Assembly: GCF_963921235.1 (NCBI RefSeq)
Contig: NC_086097.1
Span: 111,602,001 to 111,666,000 of the forward strand
Direction of reading: 5' to 3'
Source: Mobula hypostoma
Taxonomy: Eukaryota
DNA length: 64,000 nucleotides
The number at the start of each line of letters is the position of its first letter. Within the stretch, counting starts at the first letter, position 1. Under the pieces are notes generated by a model. The model did not search any database. It saw nothing but the letters and a program-made list of their open reading frames with translations, and was not told where the DNA came from. Positions 61,403-64,000 of this stretch are shown here, piece by piece. Position numbers and translations under genes: made by a program.

Positions 61403-64000
61403 GCAGTTTATGAAGCAGCAGCTGGATGACCTTCAACTCATAAAGGAGAATGAGGTAGTCATAGATGAGAGCTACAGGGAGGTAGTCACACCTAGGCTGT
61501 CGGAAGCAGGTCGTTGGGTGACAGTCAGAGGGGCCAAAGCAAAGGTGAGCAGTCAGGCAGTGCAGAGCACCCCATAGCCATTCCCCTGAATAATAAGTTT
61601 ACCATCCTGGATACTGTTGGCAGGGACGACTGACCAGGTGTGAGCCACGGTGGCAGGACCTCTGGCACTGAGTCTGACCCGGTGGTGCTGAAGGGTGGGA
61701 CGGAGAAGAGGAGAGCTGTCGTCGTTGGAGACTCTATAGTCAGGGGAGCAGACAGGAAATTTTGTGGACGTGAGAAAGACACCCGCATAGTTTGTTGCCT
61801 CCCGGGTGCCAGGGTCCGGGATGTCTCTGACCGGGTGCACGACATCCTGGTACGAAAGGGAAAGCAGCCAGAAGCCGTGATAAATGTTGGCACCAATGAC
61901 ATAGGCAGGAAGAGGGATGAGGTCCTGAAGTGTGAATTTTGGGAACTAGGCAGAAGGCTGAAGAACAGGACCTCAAGGGTGGCGTTCTCAGGATTGCTGC
62001 CAGTGCTACGTGACAGTGATGGTAAGAATTGGAGGAGATGGCAGTTGAATGCGTGGCTGAGGGGTTGGTGCCGGGAGCAGGGTTTTAGATTTTTGGATCA
62101 TTAGGATCTTTTCTGGGGAAGGTGGGACCTGTCCAGATTGGATGCGTTGCACCTGAACTTGAGGGGGAGCAATATCCTTGCAGGTAGGTTTGCTGCCATG
62201 GTTCGGGAGGGTTTAAACTAATTTCCAAGGGGGATGGGACCCGGAGCGATAGAGCAGTGAAAGAAGTGCATGGAGTAAAGCCAGATCTTAGAGAGGCTTT
62301 GAGGAAAGAGAAGCAGAATAAAGGGTGTAAAGGTAGTAAGACAGAAGGGCTAAAGTGTGTGTACTTCAATGGAAGAAGCATCAGGAACAAAAGTGATGAA
62401 CTGAGAACTTGGATACATACATGGAATTATGATGTACTGGCCATTACAGAGACTTGGCTGGCACCAGGGCAGGAATGGATTCTCAATATTCCTGGATTTC
62501 AGTGCTTTAAAAGGGGTAGAGAGGGGAGAAAAGGGGAGGAGGGGTGGCATTACTGGTCGGGGTTACTATTACAGCTACAGAAAGGGTGGGTAATGTAGCA
62601 GGATCCTCTTTTGAGTCAGTATGGGTGGAAGTCAGGAATAGGAAGGGAGAAGTTACTCTATTGGGGGTATTCTATAGGCCCCCTGGTAGCAGCAGAGATA
62701 CAGATGAACAGATTGGGAGGCAGATTTTGGAAAGGTGCAAAAATAACAGGGTTGTTATCATGGGGGACTTTAACTTTCATAATATTGATCGGCACCTGAT
62801 TAGTTCCAAGGGTTTAGATGGGGCAGAGTTTGTTAAGTGTGTCCAGGACAGATTCCTGTCACACTATGTGGACAGGCTGATTAGGGGGAATGCCATACTA
62901 GATCTAGTACTAGGTAATGAACCAGGTCAGGTCACAGATCTCTCAGTGGGTGAGCATTTGGGGGACAGTGACCACCGCTCCCTGGCCTTTAGCATTATCA
63001 TGGAAAAGGATAGAATCAGAGAGGACAGGAACATTTTTAATTGGGGAAGGGCAAATTATGAGGCTATAAGGCTAGAACTTGCGGGTGTGAATTGGGATGC
63101 TGTTTTTGCAGGAAAATGTACTACGGACATATGGTCGATGTTTAGAGATCTCTTGCAGGATGTTAGGGATAAATTTGTCCCGGTGAGGAAGATAAAGAAT
63201 GGTAGGGTGAAGGAACCAATTGAGGTGGAAAATCTAGTCAGGTGGAAGAAGGCAGCATACATGAGGTTTAGGAAGCAAGGATCAGATGGGCTGAGAAGAG
63301 CAAGAAAGGGGCATGAGAAGGCCTTGGTGAGTAGGGTAAAGTAAAACCCCAAGGCATTCTTCAATTATGTGAAGAAGAAAAGGATGACAGGAGTGAAGGT
63401 AGGACCAATTAGAGATAAAGGTGGGAAGATGTGCCTGGAGGCTATGGAAGTGAACGAGGTCCTCAATGAATACTTCTCTTCGGTATTCACCAATGAGAGG
63501 GAACTTGATGATGGTGAGGACAATATGAGTGAAGTTGATGTTCTGGAGCATGTTGATATTAAGGGAGAGGAGGTGTTGGAGTTGTTAAAATACATTAGGA
63601 CGGATAAGTCCCCGGGGCCTGACAGAATATTCCCCAGGCTGCTCCACAAGGTGAGGGAAGAGATTGCTGAGACTCGGGCTAGGATCTTTATGTCCTCGTT
63701 GCCCACGAGAATGGTACCAGAGGATTGGAGGGAGGCGAATGTTGTCCCCTTGTTCAGAAAAGGTAGTAGGGATAGTCTGGGTAATTATAGACCAGTGAGC
63801 CTTACGTCTGTGGTGGGAAAGCTGTTGGAAAAGATTCTTAGAGATAGGATTTATGGGCATTTAGAGAATCATGGTCTGATCGGGGACAGTCAGCATGGCT
63901 TTGTGAAGTGCAAATCGTGTCTAACAAGCCTGATAGAGTTCTTTGAGGAGGTGACCAAGCATATAGATGAGGGTAGTGCAGTGGATGTGATCTATATGGA
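61403..64000 (+). mobile_element. CR1 LINE (ORF1 SGNH esterase, ORF2 endonuclease, start of RT), running off the window
   Basis: Peptides AVVVGDSIVRG..CCLPGARV..NVGTNDIG; CVYFNGRSIRNK..LAITETW; GVFYRPP..MGDFNF..LGDSDH. Stops and frameshifts present. Confidence 0.93.

Noticed and set aside
61640..62104. Host SGNH/GDSL esterase gene
   Set aside because: It is CR1 ORF1, directly upstream of the endonuclease-RT ORF2 and disrupted by stops.
42100..64000. Exons of a downstream syntenic gene such as DCLK3
   Set aside because: I found no recognisable doublecortin or kinase coding sequence; non-coding first exons cannot be excluded.

Overview
Vertebrate genomic DNA; the repeat families suggest a cartilaginous fish, probably a ray (inference). 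Positions 1-41308 (+) hold the last eight coding exons of a TRANK1 orthologue (TPR and ankyrin repeat-containing protein 1, UvrD-like helicase). I assembled them by hand with consistent GT-AG sites and phases, including a 3017-bp exon. A 3' UTR follows to about 42 kb. Introns and the downstream region are dominated by nested retroelements: CR1 LINEs of several ages, Rex1/Babar-type LINEs, an L1 3' fragment, Penelope-like elements with minimal hammerhead ribozymes, SINEs and solo LTRs. Almost all other ORFs in the track are TE fragments or their antisense shadows. Most notable: a young CR1 sitting 22 nt from a TRANK1 splice acceptor that appears to have displaced the branch point; hammerhead-bearing Penelope mini-elements and fold-backs; an insertion bounded by two inverted LTR ends; and an unexplained ~187-bp repeat array with an inverted copy. 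TE family names and homologies are from recall, not searches, and most TE boundaries are approximate.
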